Shown here one piece after another: positions 13,901 to 54,000 of a stretch of 64,000 nucleotides of DNA (positions are counted from its first letter, which is position 1; each line of letters begins with the position of its first letter). The notes below the pieces were generated by a model, which did not search any database, had not been told where the DNA came from, and saw only the letters and a list, made by a program, of their open reading frames with translations. The DNA is from Mobula hypostoma (lineage: Eukaryota), in the NCBI RefSeq assembly GCF_963921235.1, contig NC_086117.1, positions 26,660,001 to 26,724,000 on the forward strand. Reading direction: 5' to 3'. The translations under genes and the position numbers were made by a program.

Positions 13901-16136
13901 ACTGGAACTTTAAAAAGGGATCAAATTAGAAAATTCTGACAGGGTCTGATAAACTGATATGGGGAAGTAATATTTCCTTTGACTGGGATCTAGAATGAGG
14001 GTTCTCGTCTCAGGTTACAGAAACTGAAATAAGAAGCGAGGTTAAGTGAAATAAGGAGATAGATGATTTTCTAGACACAAAAGAAATATGGTGTAGGGGT
14101 AGAGTGGGAAACTCTATTAAGTGGTGGAGTAAGCTTGCATGAGCTGATCCTATGATTCCAAGTAAATCTTTTCCAAAAGTGGAAGTTCTCTACTAATCCA
14201 GATTGTTGCTATGAGAATATGAGTTGTACACACCTTCAGCTGTTGGTGCGTCTGCTTTTTCACCTCTCCCCCTTTAGTTGTTGACCGACTTTTAATCTTG
14301 ATAAATTCCTTAAAGGAAAAGGGGTTTGTTTCTTCATCATCCTTTTCCTTTTCACCTGGAAGAGGCAGGCAAAAGCAAAAGAGAATTAAATGGCACAGTT
14401 CAATTAATGCTCAGTAACACTGAATCAACTGCTGTTGATCAGAGGAATGCCAAATTACTAAATTTGTTTTTTGTGACTCCCGGGAGGAGAAAATATTATC
14501 AACCTGGTTTCCTGCACTAGTGCTTATACTGGGATGCATCTGATGGCGACTGGAAAGCTTGTCCCATCCCCAAAACTAAGCAGTCCAATGATATTTATGA
14601 CAGCATCAGGGGAAATGATGGTGCAGAAAATTGCTTGGCTGATGGTCAAGCAGTTTCCTGGCCCCTCATTTCCCCAGATACCACACAGAAGAATGGATTT
14701 CTGGCCATTAAATGAATCAAGAGACATGGGGCTAGGGGAGGAAAATGGTGCTGAGATAGAAGCTCAGCCACGATCATGTCGAAGATCTTTGAGAGGCCGA
14801 AAGGCCTCTTTATGTTTTTATAGTCAGGATTATTCCTGATAGCTTCAGTCACCTGAACTTGCACTTTCTCCTATGCCCACTTGTAAAGGCTTTAGTATAT
14901 AACTCAAACCAACATTCCCAGCAGAGAGCTGTGGATATACTGCATCATGAGGGGGACATTGATATACCATCTGCCTCTCAAATGGACATCAAAGAACTTA
15001 CACCACCATTACAAGGTGCAGAGATGTCCCATTTCCTCAGGCAATATTCATCCTCTACTAATACCCAGAACAAAACAACAAGAACATTATCTCAGATGTT
15101 GCTTGTGGTATTTTTGTACCAGAGTCAATACGTTGGTAGCCATTTGAGGAATTTGTATAAAAACTGATTGAATCCCATGGGGTGAGGTGTTATTGGAGGT
15201 ACATTTCTTGGAAGAATGACATATAAAGCATTCTAATAAAGGACCACTGATTTGTATTGTTAACACTGTTTCTCTCCACCAAAAGAGTACTTCCAGTATT
15301 TTCAGCATAAAAAGCTGACACTGTGAGACAACCAGGAACTCCCAGTCAACTCAATGGGCAAATATCTAGCTAATTGACTACAATGTGGGAAGTTAAGAAA
15401 CTCTCTATTTTAGCAGAAAGAAATAAAAAGCAGTGGCTAAAAATCAAGGAATTGCAGAGATCTAACATGCAGCAGGGTTTGGGTGTCCTTCCCGAAATGA
15501 TCTTTTCTTGTACTAGAATTGGTCTATAAAACAAAGGAGACCACATACAGAATACCGTGTACAGTACTGGCGTTTTTATACAAGGAAAGATGTTAAATCA
15601 TTGAAAGTAGTTGAGTGAAGGCTTATTGGGCAGGTATCCTGGGTTGTTTTGTGAGGAGAGACTGGAACCTGTAAGAGTGAGAGACGACTTGGTTGAAATG
15701 TACATACTCTTAGGAGTTTTAACAGGATTACTACAACAAGAGTGATTGTTTAAACAGTAAGGGGTCACTCATTTAAGACAGAGTTTTTATTCTCACGGGG
15801 ATTATGACCATTTGGAAATGTGGATGCAGAATATCTGTGTATTTTAAGACAAAGGTAAATTGATTCTAGATAAGCAAGGGTGTGGGGGGGGGTGGATGAA
15901 CAAGAATGAAGAGGCAAGAATAGATCGACCACTATTCTCGTTTAAAATCGCTGTGCAAAGGGCTCGAACCTCCGGAGACAACTCTACAGTGATTCCAATC
16001 CCGCCACCATTCAAACGGCTGCAGTTTAACTCCACTGAAGGGAGGGGGCAGCTGCCTTCTATCGGATCGAGGGTTATCCCACAGACCCAGGGTCAGTGAT
16101 CACTTCTGCCTCACCTCGCTCTCCCCGGGAGCTCAT
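4867..16136 (-). CDS. ENTR1: endosome-associated trafficking regulator 1 (SDCCAG3), 8 coding exons, 360 aa
   Basis: Exons 16115-16136, 14234-14355, 11673-12113, 7187-7260, 6414-6525, 5993-6055, 5691-5830, 4867-4975 join into a 1083-nt open frame. Conserved motifs NPFSFKEF, DDDWSETYQPAVIE, MVQQVEENLQLMTKRAVKAEN, SGAETLRLAADLLKSIDKI. Confidence 0.92.
5691..5830 (-). CDS. ENTR1: ENTR1 exon 7
   Basis: tgacag|AELQQCKSENERLRSQD...AHEAETSV(K)|gtatgc. Confidence 0.9.
5993..6055 (-). CDS. ENTR1: ENTR1 exon 6
   Basis: ttcag|KRAVKAENTVTKLRQELTVVQ|gtagaa. Confidence 0.92.
6414..6525 (-). CDS. ENTR1: ENTR1 exon 5
   Basis: ccctag|TRTLEEELERRKIKEEKEARALEAMVQQVEENLQLMT|gtgaga. Confidence 0.92.
7187..7260 (-). 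CDS. ENTR1: ENTR1 exon 4
   Basis: cttccag|LKEENALLRRRTKEAKQLAKNHIK(R)|gtatga. Confidence 0.88.
7600..8352 (+). mobile_element. Rex1/Babar-type LINE, 5'-truncated
   Basis: WCQENNLSLNVAKTKELVVDYRR; [21 protein letters not shown]; LLPSGK..RT.RL.DSFF; ends aataaagtcaattcaattcattcat. Confidence 0.85.
8693..8965 (+). mobile_element. tRNA-derived V-SINE (HE1-like)
   Basis: A/B-box-like head plus V-domain ggtttcctcccacagtccaaagac; other copies at 39402, 42943, 50268. Confidence 0.8.
9153..11198. mobile_element. Tigger/pogo-like DNA transposon relic with nested Rex1 fragment
   Basis: Ends resemble the TIRs of the copy at 49006-50578 (tagcggattctggctaattggg ... caattaaccgg); internal blocks shared with that copy. 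Confidence 0.6.
9770..10472 (+). mobile_element. Rex1/Babar-type LINE fragment
   Basis: LTAFYRGCIESILGSCIMAWYGNC; 3' tail gacaataaacttacttgactggacttga. Confidence 0.8.
11673..12113 (-). CDS. ENTR1: ENTR1 exon 3
   Basis: ccacag|DSLGIAFEDD...DEEDDDWSETYQPAVIEAAH...LLSNEK|gtaagg; 441 nt, phase 0-0. Confidence 0.88.
12720..14160 (+). mobile_element. decayed CR1 LINE interrupted by a Rex1 copy (~12935-13748)
   Basis: CR1 motifs YYLNG..QRDLNVLV before and gttttggtctcc/agattcaccagac after; Rex1 ggcgcaccacagggatgtgtgcttagc ... gatattaaacctcattctga inside. Confidence 0.7.
14234..14355 (-). CDS. ENTR1: ENTR1 exon 2
   Basis: cttccag|GT...GEKEKDDEETNPFSFKEFIKIKS...QQLK|gtgtgt. Confidence 0.88.
15350..15960 (+). 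mobile_element. decayed CR1 LINE 3' fragment
   Basis: Degenerate CR1 RT C-terminal and 3' UTR sequence similar to the CR1 at 31150-33672. Confidence 0.55.
16115..16136 (-). CDS. ENTR1: ENTR1 exon 1 (coding part)
   Basis: ATG AGC TCC CGG GGA GAG CGA G|gtgagg (MSSRGER); phase 1 matches the next exon; lies in the CpG island. Confidence 0.7.
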
Positions 16137-16230
16137 CCTCACCGCGGTCAGCAGGCCGTTGTCAAGGGCCAATTGACCCGGATCTCGTTCTTGTCGGGGG
16201 TAAGTGGCCGGAAGTTCACAGGCAGCCAAG

Positions 16231-16238
<8 letters not shown>
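16137..16238. promoter_or_regulatory. bidirectional ENTR1/PMPCA CpG-island promoter
   Basis: Between divergent ATGs (16136 and 16231): CCAAT at 16169-16173, ETS/GABP CCGGAAGT at 16208-16215, YY1 motif CAAGATGGCGGC at 16227-16238 overlapping the PMPCA start codon. CpG-rich ~15920-16570. Confidence 0.8.
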
Positions 16239-46069
<29,831 letters not shown>

Positions 46070-47236
46070 GCAGCTCCGAGTGTCTGGCTGAACAGAAAAG
46101 CCATTGTACTCCAGGTTTCTGGTCGTTGTTTATCCACCAGCTGCTTCTGTTGAGTGCGGGGGTAATTGTTTGTAAATAGAGGGGAAAAGAGGTTTGATAT
46201 GTGATCTGATTGCTTTTATATAAAGGGGGAGCTGAAAATCTGTTTTAAAATAATAACTGTGATTACTTTATGTGATGCTGCTATTGTTCATCTGCTCCTG
46301 GACTGTGATGATTCTGTCACCGCACAGTGCATGTCACGTCCTGTAATGTCTTAATCGTTCTAATACAAGGCACCTTTGCTCGATCCTGATTCCTTTCCTG
46401 GCTTCTGCCTCCAATTGGGAGGTTGTACAGGAAAATCTGAAAAACTACATAACACTTTCCAGTGCCTCCTTTCACATGCACTATTTCTCCCACCTTATCC
46501 ATAGTCCCCGTTTGCTACATGCTGGTGTATAACCTTTCATCTAAGTCTCCTCCCACCCTCGCTTGATCTCATCCTATCAATCAGTACTAGAGCCAGTGCG
46601 GTGGGATCTGGGGCTTTGTGCAGGTGAGACTTGCCCGTGATGCTAGTTAGAATGCTTGATGATCCTTGTTCCTCACACTGAGCTGCTGTGACTGCAGTGT
46701 AGCTAAAAGTCGATGATAGGTGCTGTAACAGAACCACTGTTGAGGTGGTTAAGATCAATGCTCATGGAAAAAGCAGCAGTGCTAAGTATTATTAAATACT
46801 TTCAAAGAAAGTCAGTGAGAATAGGTCAATGTACCCAGACTACACGTTTAACTGTTACAGAAATCAAGTGGATCATGGGAGGATTGCGTGGTTTGCTCTT
46901 GAACCACTTGAAGAGGATTCCTGTTCCTCCCTTAGTGGTGGGGGACAGGATGCAGTAAATGGCCTCAAGAATGTGTCTACCTTCTCCTAGCTGTCATGTT
47001 AATTAGAACCCACCGAGTATAGTTAACCCCAAAGGCTACTATACATGGTTGTACACATCTACACATCCATCAGTTTTCCCTACCCCTCAATAAGCCACCC
47101 GGACCACTGCTATTGGGAATGACATCTCTTCAAACAACTGGTCAATATTCCCTGTGTGGACTTACACGCAGTAGTCACCATCAGAAGCTGGCAGAGTGAT
47201 ACTCGGAGCATTCATGATATTGTTTAATAATTGTCA

Positions 47237-47242
47237 AATAAA
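47237..47242 (+). terminator. candidate PMPCA polyadenylation signal
   Basis: AATAAA followed by a GT-rich tract (gtttggt...gtttgtttggt). Confidence 0.55.
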
Positions 47243-47934
47243 AATAACAGACTAACAGTTTGGTGCAGTCTGTTCACTAGTTTGTTTGGTAACAGCCTTA
47301 ATTATTTTAAATGAAAGCTGGTATTGAAATTTAAGGTATTGCAGCAAGATTACAAAGGATTGAATCCTGGAAGAGCAGCATTCCTGGCTTGGGTATTGTT
47401 TTGCTCCTGCTCACTGGCTCCCATTGATGACGAGATGCCTGTGAATTATGGATGAGAACAAGATATTATGAAATTACATCACCCACACTGCAACATTTTG
47501 CTGTTACTAATGGTGTATGTTTAAAGAGTGGCCACTTAGAACGTGTAGCTTGTACCTGTGCACACAGGAACTCCTGGGGACCACAGAATCCAGCAAACTT
47601 CTGAGGAAGACACTTAGAAATAACACGAAGCAATTTTATCAAGTTCCAACATATGTTTTTTTTTAATTTAATGTCTGAAACATTTCCAATGTATTGTAAA
47701 TACAAAAATATAAAAAACAAGAAGGCAATGATCATAGATTAATGTGCACACACAGCTACTACTTATAACCAGGTTGCATGGCATCCTTGCCCACACTATC
47801 CTTTGTCCATGGCATTGCACTTGCAGTTGGCTGGTCTGCAGCAAGGGCTTTGGTAAAGTGCGAGGTCAGGCCCGAGTCCAGTACCTCCATCCCATTGCAG
47901 ATTAAGGAAGCTTCCTGCTTAGCTGGTAGTTGTG

Positions 47935-48064
47935 TCAGGTGACACTACAGATAGTGCTGTTCTTCTGGTTCGATAAAGCACGTTGTTTCTGCCCTTTGAG
48001 GAACCGCCTCTTTATTCCCTCCAAGTAAATATCTCTGTAAAACTGACCAGCACACAGTGGGATG
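47935..48064 (-). CDS. INPP5E: INPP5E exon 10 (last coding)
   Basis: cttcag|[45 protein letters not shown]. Confidence 0.95.
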
Positions 48065-51000
48065 CTGAAGGAGCAAAGCAGACAAATTTAATGCAAACAA
48101 TAAAAACATTTTACTTCACATACTCCCGATAGGCAATTCTTTTTCACTCAAAGTCTCTACAGCCAGTTCTCTTCCTGCATCATAGCCCTTAAAGTGCTCC
48201 CTGTTCTCCATAGAAGGTGGCTATTAAGAGCCCAGTAAAGGACAAAGACATAGATTGTGAACAGAACTCTCAAGGTGACCTCCCTCATTTAGGATTTTAT
48301 AAGACCACAAGGAATGTGATCAAGACGGAGGAGTAAATGGGGGGAAGCGTCAATGTCTTACTTATCTCTTCCTGGTCGGATCCTGACTTGATAGAAGCAG
48401 TAAACAGGCCTGTGGTCTGAGGTTTTAATGGAGTTGCAGGAGCCATACTTAACCACAAGAATGTCGCCTTTCTGCCGACTCCTGCACATGATTCTATCCT
48501 GTAAGATGTGAGGATTAAGGTCAAAGTTGCTGCCTTTTGTATTTCATAACAATATAGAGATCTCACTGGAAAGTATAAGATTAGCTTTATTTGTCACATA
48601 TAAATCAACATACACAGTGAATACACTGTTTGTGTCAAAGTCCAAGATTGTGCTGGGGGCAGCCCGAGGTGTTGCCATAGCATCCGTACAACTTACTAAC
48701 TAATGCGTACATCTTTGGAATGTGGGAGGAAACCAGAGGACCCAGAAGAAACCCACGTGATCACAGGAACATTGTCCATTGTCCTGTTAATACAGTGTTC
48801 AGAAAACCTGCTTAAACACCTGTAATTTCCCAAGTTTGAAAATATTTTGTTTTCAACTTACACTTCTGAATTATCCAGCATCATACTGCTGATCATAAGT
48901 TGCTGTATTAAAAAATATCTAATCCTGCCTCTGGTTCATTGAATGTCACTTTTAAATATGCCACCTCTCCTCCCGTGGAAAGCCTTCCTCATGTAATTCA
49001 ATCTACAGTGAATTCCAGTTAATTAGGATACATCAGGACTAGTACACTTTGGCTGAATTAAGCAGCTACCTCAATTAGCAGGTTTCATGGAAATATAGTT
49101 TAGAAAGGTACGTTTATTATCAAAGAATGTATAAATTATATATATAACCTTGAGATTTGCTTGCTCACAGGTAACCACAAAGCAAGAAATCAAAAAGAAC
49201 CCTATTAAAAAGAAGAAAAAAATACGTATCATGCAAACAACAGCATTCCAAACCAAAACTGAGTCCTCAGATCTGAACCCCGCCCGAAGCAGCCCAGGGT
49301 AGGCTTGAAGCCTTACATATCAGTTCATCATATTAGCAGCATGAAGCACAGCAGCCAGGGCAGTCTGCAAAGCCTTAGAGTCACAGAGACGACTATCGTG
49401 GAGAATGAGCAAAATTGGCTCTTGTCCCGACCATCACCCTGTCCTTTCAGTGTATCTGGACCAGCGTTTAAATTGACCAAACAACAGAACAGTGAAAGTC
49501 TCTGGTGCCTTGGAGAGAGGAATGAAGTTTGCAGAGAACAAGCGAAATTGGCTCTCGCCTCCGATTTGGGTAGGCATTTAAATTGCCAACAAAACGAATT
49601 GTATATTGCACCAGGACCTGGGTGCTGCTGCTGCAATAGGTTCTGGGTTTAGACCCCGCCACCCACTGACTCGCTCCGGGCCCAGACTTCATCGCCCAGC
49701 CCGACACTGCTCTCAAGCTCTTCAAATCAGTTTGGCGCCCAGAGCGATCCAAACTCACTCCCAGGCCAGCTGTCCACCTGCAACAATTCTGTATTACACC
49801 ATCTCAGCTCACCCCCCAAATTCACCTCACCGTCGCTCGCCTCTTCACTGTTTGTGGAGATAATTTAACACAATTTACCTTAGAAAAGGTATTTTTATTA
49901 ATGTTTATAGTCAGATTTCTTAGCTTTTTGACTATCAGAAAGCTGACGCACATGTTCAGTAGTAACCAGAACATTCAAGATATTTGTCTCCACCTTCAAA
50001 TTCTTCTAGTTCCTAACTTCAAATAGTGAAATCGCCTCTTTTTCACAGTCGGCTGTTTTCTAGCATCTCCAAGCCTAAATGCTTGAAACCACAGTAAGCA
50101 AAGCAGTTCTGAATTGTCTTACTGCTTATTTCTCGGTAACTATCTGTGACAAAAATTGCTGCTTTTTGAACATGTGCACAGAACTGATGTTATTTAAAAA
50201 CTGTTTGTACTAAGCATGGTGTAGTGTTTTAATGGCCACAGAAGTGCCACCAGTTAGCAACTCTTTTGGTGGCATAGCAGTTAGCACAAAGCTATTACAG
50301 CTCGGGGCATCAGAGTTCAATTCCAGTATCCCCTGGAAGGAATTTCTGTACATCGTCCCCATGAAATGCACAATGTTCCTCAGGTGTTCCGGTTTCCTCC
50401 CACAGCCCAGACATATGCCGAGTAGTTCAGTCAGACTTTGTAAGTTGCCCTGTGATCGGGGTCGCTGAGGCAGTGCGGCTTGAAGGGCCAGAAAGGTCTA
50501 CTCTGTGCTGTCTCTCTAAATAAATAAATGCAGTGGATAAATAGATAGTGTCCTGGCCCAATTAACTGAAATCCACTGTATATTGAGAACTTTTAATTGA
50601 ATCACCCTTTAATGTTTTCTGGTGATAAGAATCATCTCAGCTGACCAGAATAACAAAATCAGGAAGACTGGCAACAGAGGGCACGCCAAAACCTGAAACT
50701 GCTACAGAAATAAACTCCTGCTGATTCTTTACCGTATAAGATGGAGTCCTTTTCTTTGCACTGCTGTCGTACACATCAGATCCGATGTCAAATTTGTAGG
50801 TGGGAGGAAAATTTATTTCGGCTTCTTTGAACCCTTTGAAAACAGAGCCTGTGGAACAAGGAAGGATCAGGTAAGTGAGCTTCAAAGGTCTTTAATAATA
50901 TTACACCTCTAGTACATAGGACATGTACTGAAAAAGCTGCAGGAGCAGCAGATGACAGATCATCTTGTTAACAATACCTCGCTTCACATACAAAAACAAG

Positions 51001-54000
51001 TGAGGTACTGGAGACTGCTGATTGCTCTGGATTGTGTACCACATTCAGTTAGTGCCTTTGGAACGCTCACTCTAATAACAGACAGTGCCTATTTGTTTCC
51101 TGTAAATGCAGAGACCATGGAATCCATAGCCATGAGTGGCCCACCTCTGCTGCCTACCCCAAGTTGGTGGAAGGTTCACAATTCATCCTACCTTCCTGTA
51201 GTTTCTTGGTCAGCTCGTCATAATGGAGAATAGAGCAGAGATTATCCTTGGTGCTGCTGTGCAGAAGCTCATCGATCACTGCTCGCTTTACATCTAGCCG
51301 GAAGTTGAAGTCACCAAACCAGAAAACATTGTCAAACCGGGTGGTCACATCATCTGGAACAAGTGAAAAGTTAAAAAGAAATAAGAAAAATCTTTACTTT
51401 TGGAGTCAGCCTGGTTCAGAGGCAACACACGCAATAAACCCCAGACATTCAAGCCCCATTCCACTCTCTGTTTATGCTGTTACTGACAAGGCCTTGTATT
51501 TATTTCTGCCAGGTAAAATATTAAAACTGATACATCATTTGCTCTCAGATGGAGGCAAATGATCAAGAGGATTGTGCAAAACGGAGGGACTTCCTCTGTT
51601 GTGTCCAATACCAGAAATCATTTTGCTCATTCGTTTTTTATCTTTCTCTACACAATTCTAACAAATTAATGCATTACAGTATGATGATAGGAAAAAGGTA
51701 CAAGGATGCTTGCTTTCTCAGGGCCACCGCTGTTACCTGTTCTCTAATGCTTCAGTGAGCTGAGTTGTTTGGAAAACGGTACAAGAAAGGTGTTGGTGTG
51801 GCCCTGGTTTTTTCACTTTGTTTATGAGATTCTAGATTGGCAGAATGTTCTGGAAAAATAGTCTGTCAGGAGGTTGACCAAGAGAGGTAGAACAGTGAGC
51901 TGAGATGGGTGTATGCATACATCCACTGATGTTCCAACAGGACCCACTAATTGGATTAGTCCAGCTGACTTTATACTCCATTCTGCAAATAGTTTTTTCT
52001 TTAAATGCCAATACTCACTTGGCTCAGACCTGTAGCAGTTAGTGTCAGGGACGATCCTTGGCAGTGCAAGAGCTTCTATTGTTTTATTATAGTCCTGCAT
52101 CCTCTCATTAACCTTCCCTGGCCCGGCTGTAAGAGACAGAGAGAGAGAGGGAGAGGGAGAGGGAGAGATTAAAACTGAGTGTGATGTGCTCAGTACTTCA
52201 CTTAGCCATACTTTCAATTAATTTAGTTAAGTTCAAAGGTTTGCACTACAGGTACACCTAAAAATATGGTATAACCCCAGCAGAAACAGCATTCATAAAG
52301 AAAGCAAATTAGCCCATAACCAACACAACAGATTGCATTCATACCACAGAACTATGAAAGGTTGCAGCCAATTATATAGCTATAAAGGTGATTCCAAGAA
52401 CATCACCATGTGAATGCTAAGTACCAGGCTGAACCATCAGAAATGCTAAATGGTTGAACCATCTCAGTTTCCTCTTGCAATACCCACCATGGCAGAAGCC
52501 AGTTCAATTCAATGCACACAATATAAAGAACACCCTAGAGCAGTGGACACAACAAAAGCTTGGGGATCACGCAACTTAGAACTTAGAACATAGAACAGCA
52601 CAGGAACATCAGCAAAGTAACACAAGGAATCATCACCAATGCAATCAAGTGACACGAATACATGACCCACTCACTAGTGCCCAGTTTGGATTTCACAAGG
52701 AACATGAGATTTTAGACCGAATCACAGCTTTGGTCCAAGCATGGAACAAAAAGATGAATTTCAGAAGTAAGGTGAAACTTCTGCACCGGACAAGACAATA
52801 TTTGACTGTATTGTTTCAAGAGGCCCGACAATAAATAAAATCAATGATACCAAAGAGGGGAAAAAACATTCCAATGGTTGGAATCGTCTCTTGCAAACAT
52901 GCAAAATAGCTCTGGTTGTTTGGAATCAATCTCAGCCTGCAGAATATCACTTCCTAACTGGAAGACCACAATCTGTGGATTGGTGATAACATCTCACTGA
53001 CAATCAACACTGATGCACCTTGGGTGTGTGCTAAGCTCACTGCTCTACTCTGTATACACATGACTGTGTGGCTAGGCATAGCTCAAATACCATCTATAAA
53101 TTTGCTGGTGATACAACCACTGTTGATACAATCTCAGGTGGTGACGAGAGGGCGTACAGGAGTGAGATATGCCAACTAGTGGAGTGGTGCCGCAGCAACA
53201 ATCTGGCACTCAATGTCAGTAAGACGAAAGAGTTGATTGTGGACTTCTGGAAGGGTAAGATGAGGAACACATACCAATCCTCATAGAGGGATCAGAAGTG
53301 GAGAGAGTGAGCAGTTTCAAGGTCTCTTGAGGATCTAACCTGGTCCCAAAATATCAATGCAGTTATAAAGAAGGCAAGACAGCGGCTATACTTTATTAGG
53401 AGTTTGAAGAGATTTGGTATGTCAACAAATACACTCAAAAACTTCTATATATGTACTGTGGAGAGCATTCTGACAGGCTGCATCACTGTCTAGTATTGGG
53501 TCTATTTCATTGGACTGAAAAAAACTGCAGAGGACTGTAAATGCAGTCGCTCAATCTTGGGCACTAGCCTACAAAGTACCCAGGACATCTTCAAGGAGCC
53601 GTGTCTCAAAGAGGCAGTGTCCATTATTAAGGACCTCCAGCACCCAGGGCATGCCTTTTTCTCACTGCTACCATCAGGTAGGAGGCACAGAAGCCTGAAG
53701 TCACACACTCAGCAATTCAGGAACAGCTTCTTCCCCTCTGCCATCTGATTCCTAAATGGACATTGAACCCTTGGACACTACCCCATTTTTTTTAATATAG
53801 TATTTCTGTTTTTTGCATGATTTTTAATCTATTCAATATACATATACTGTATAAAGTATACAGAATAAGAATAAATAAATAAACATTTTATTTTTTCTTT
53901 TTATGTACTGTATTGAACAGCTGCTGCTAAGTTAACAAATTTCCCATCACATGCCGGTAAAAATAAACCTGAATCTAAATGAATATCACTGCAGGGGTTC

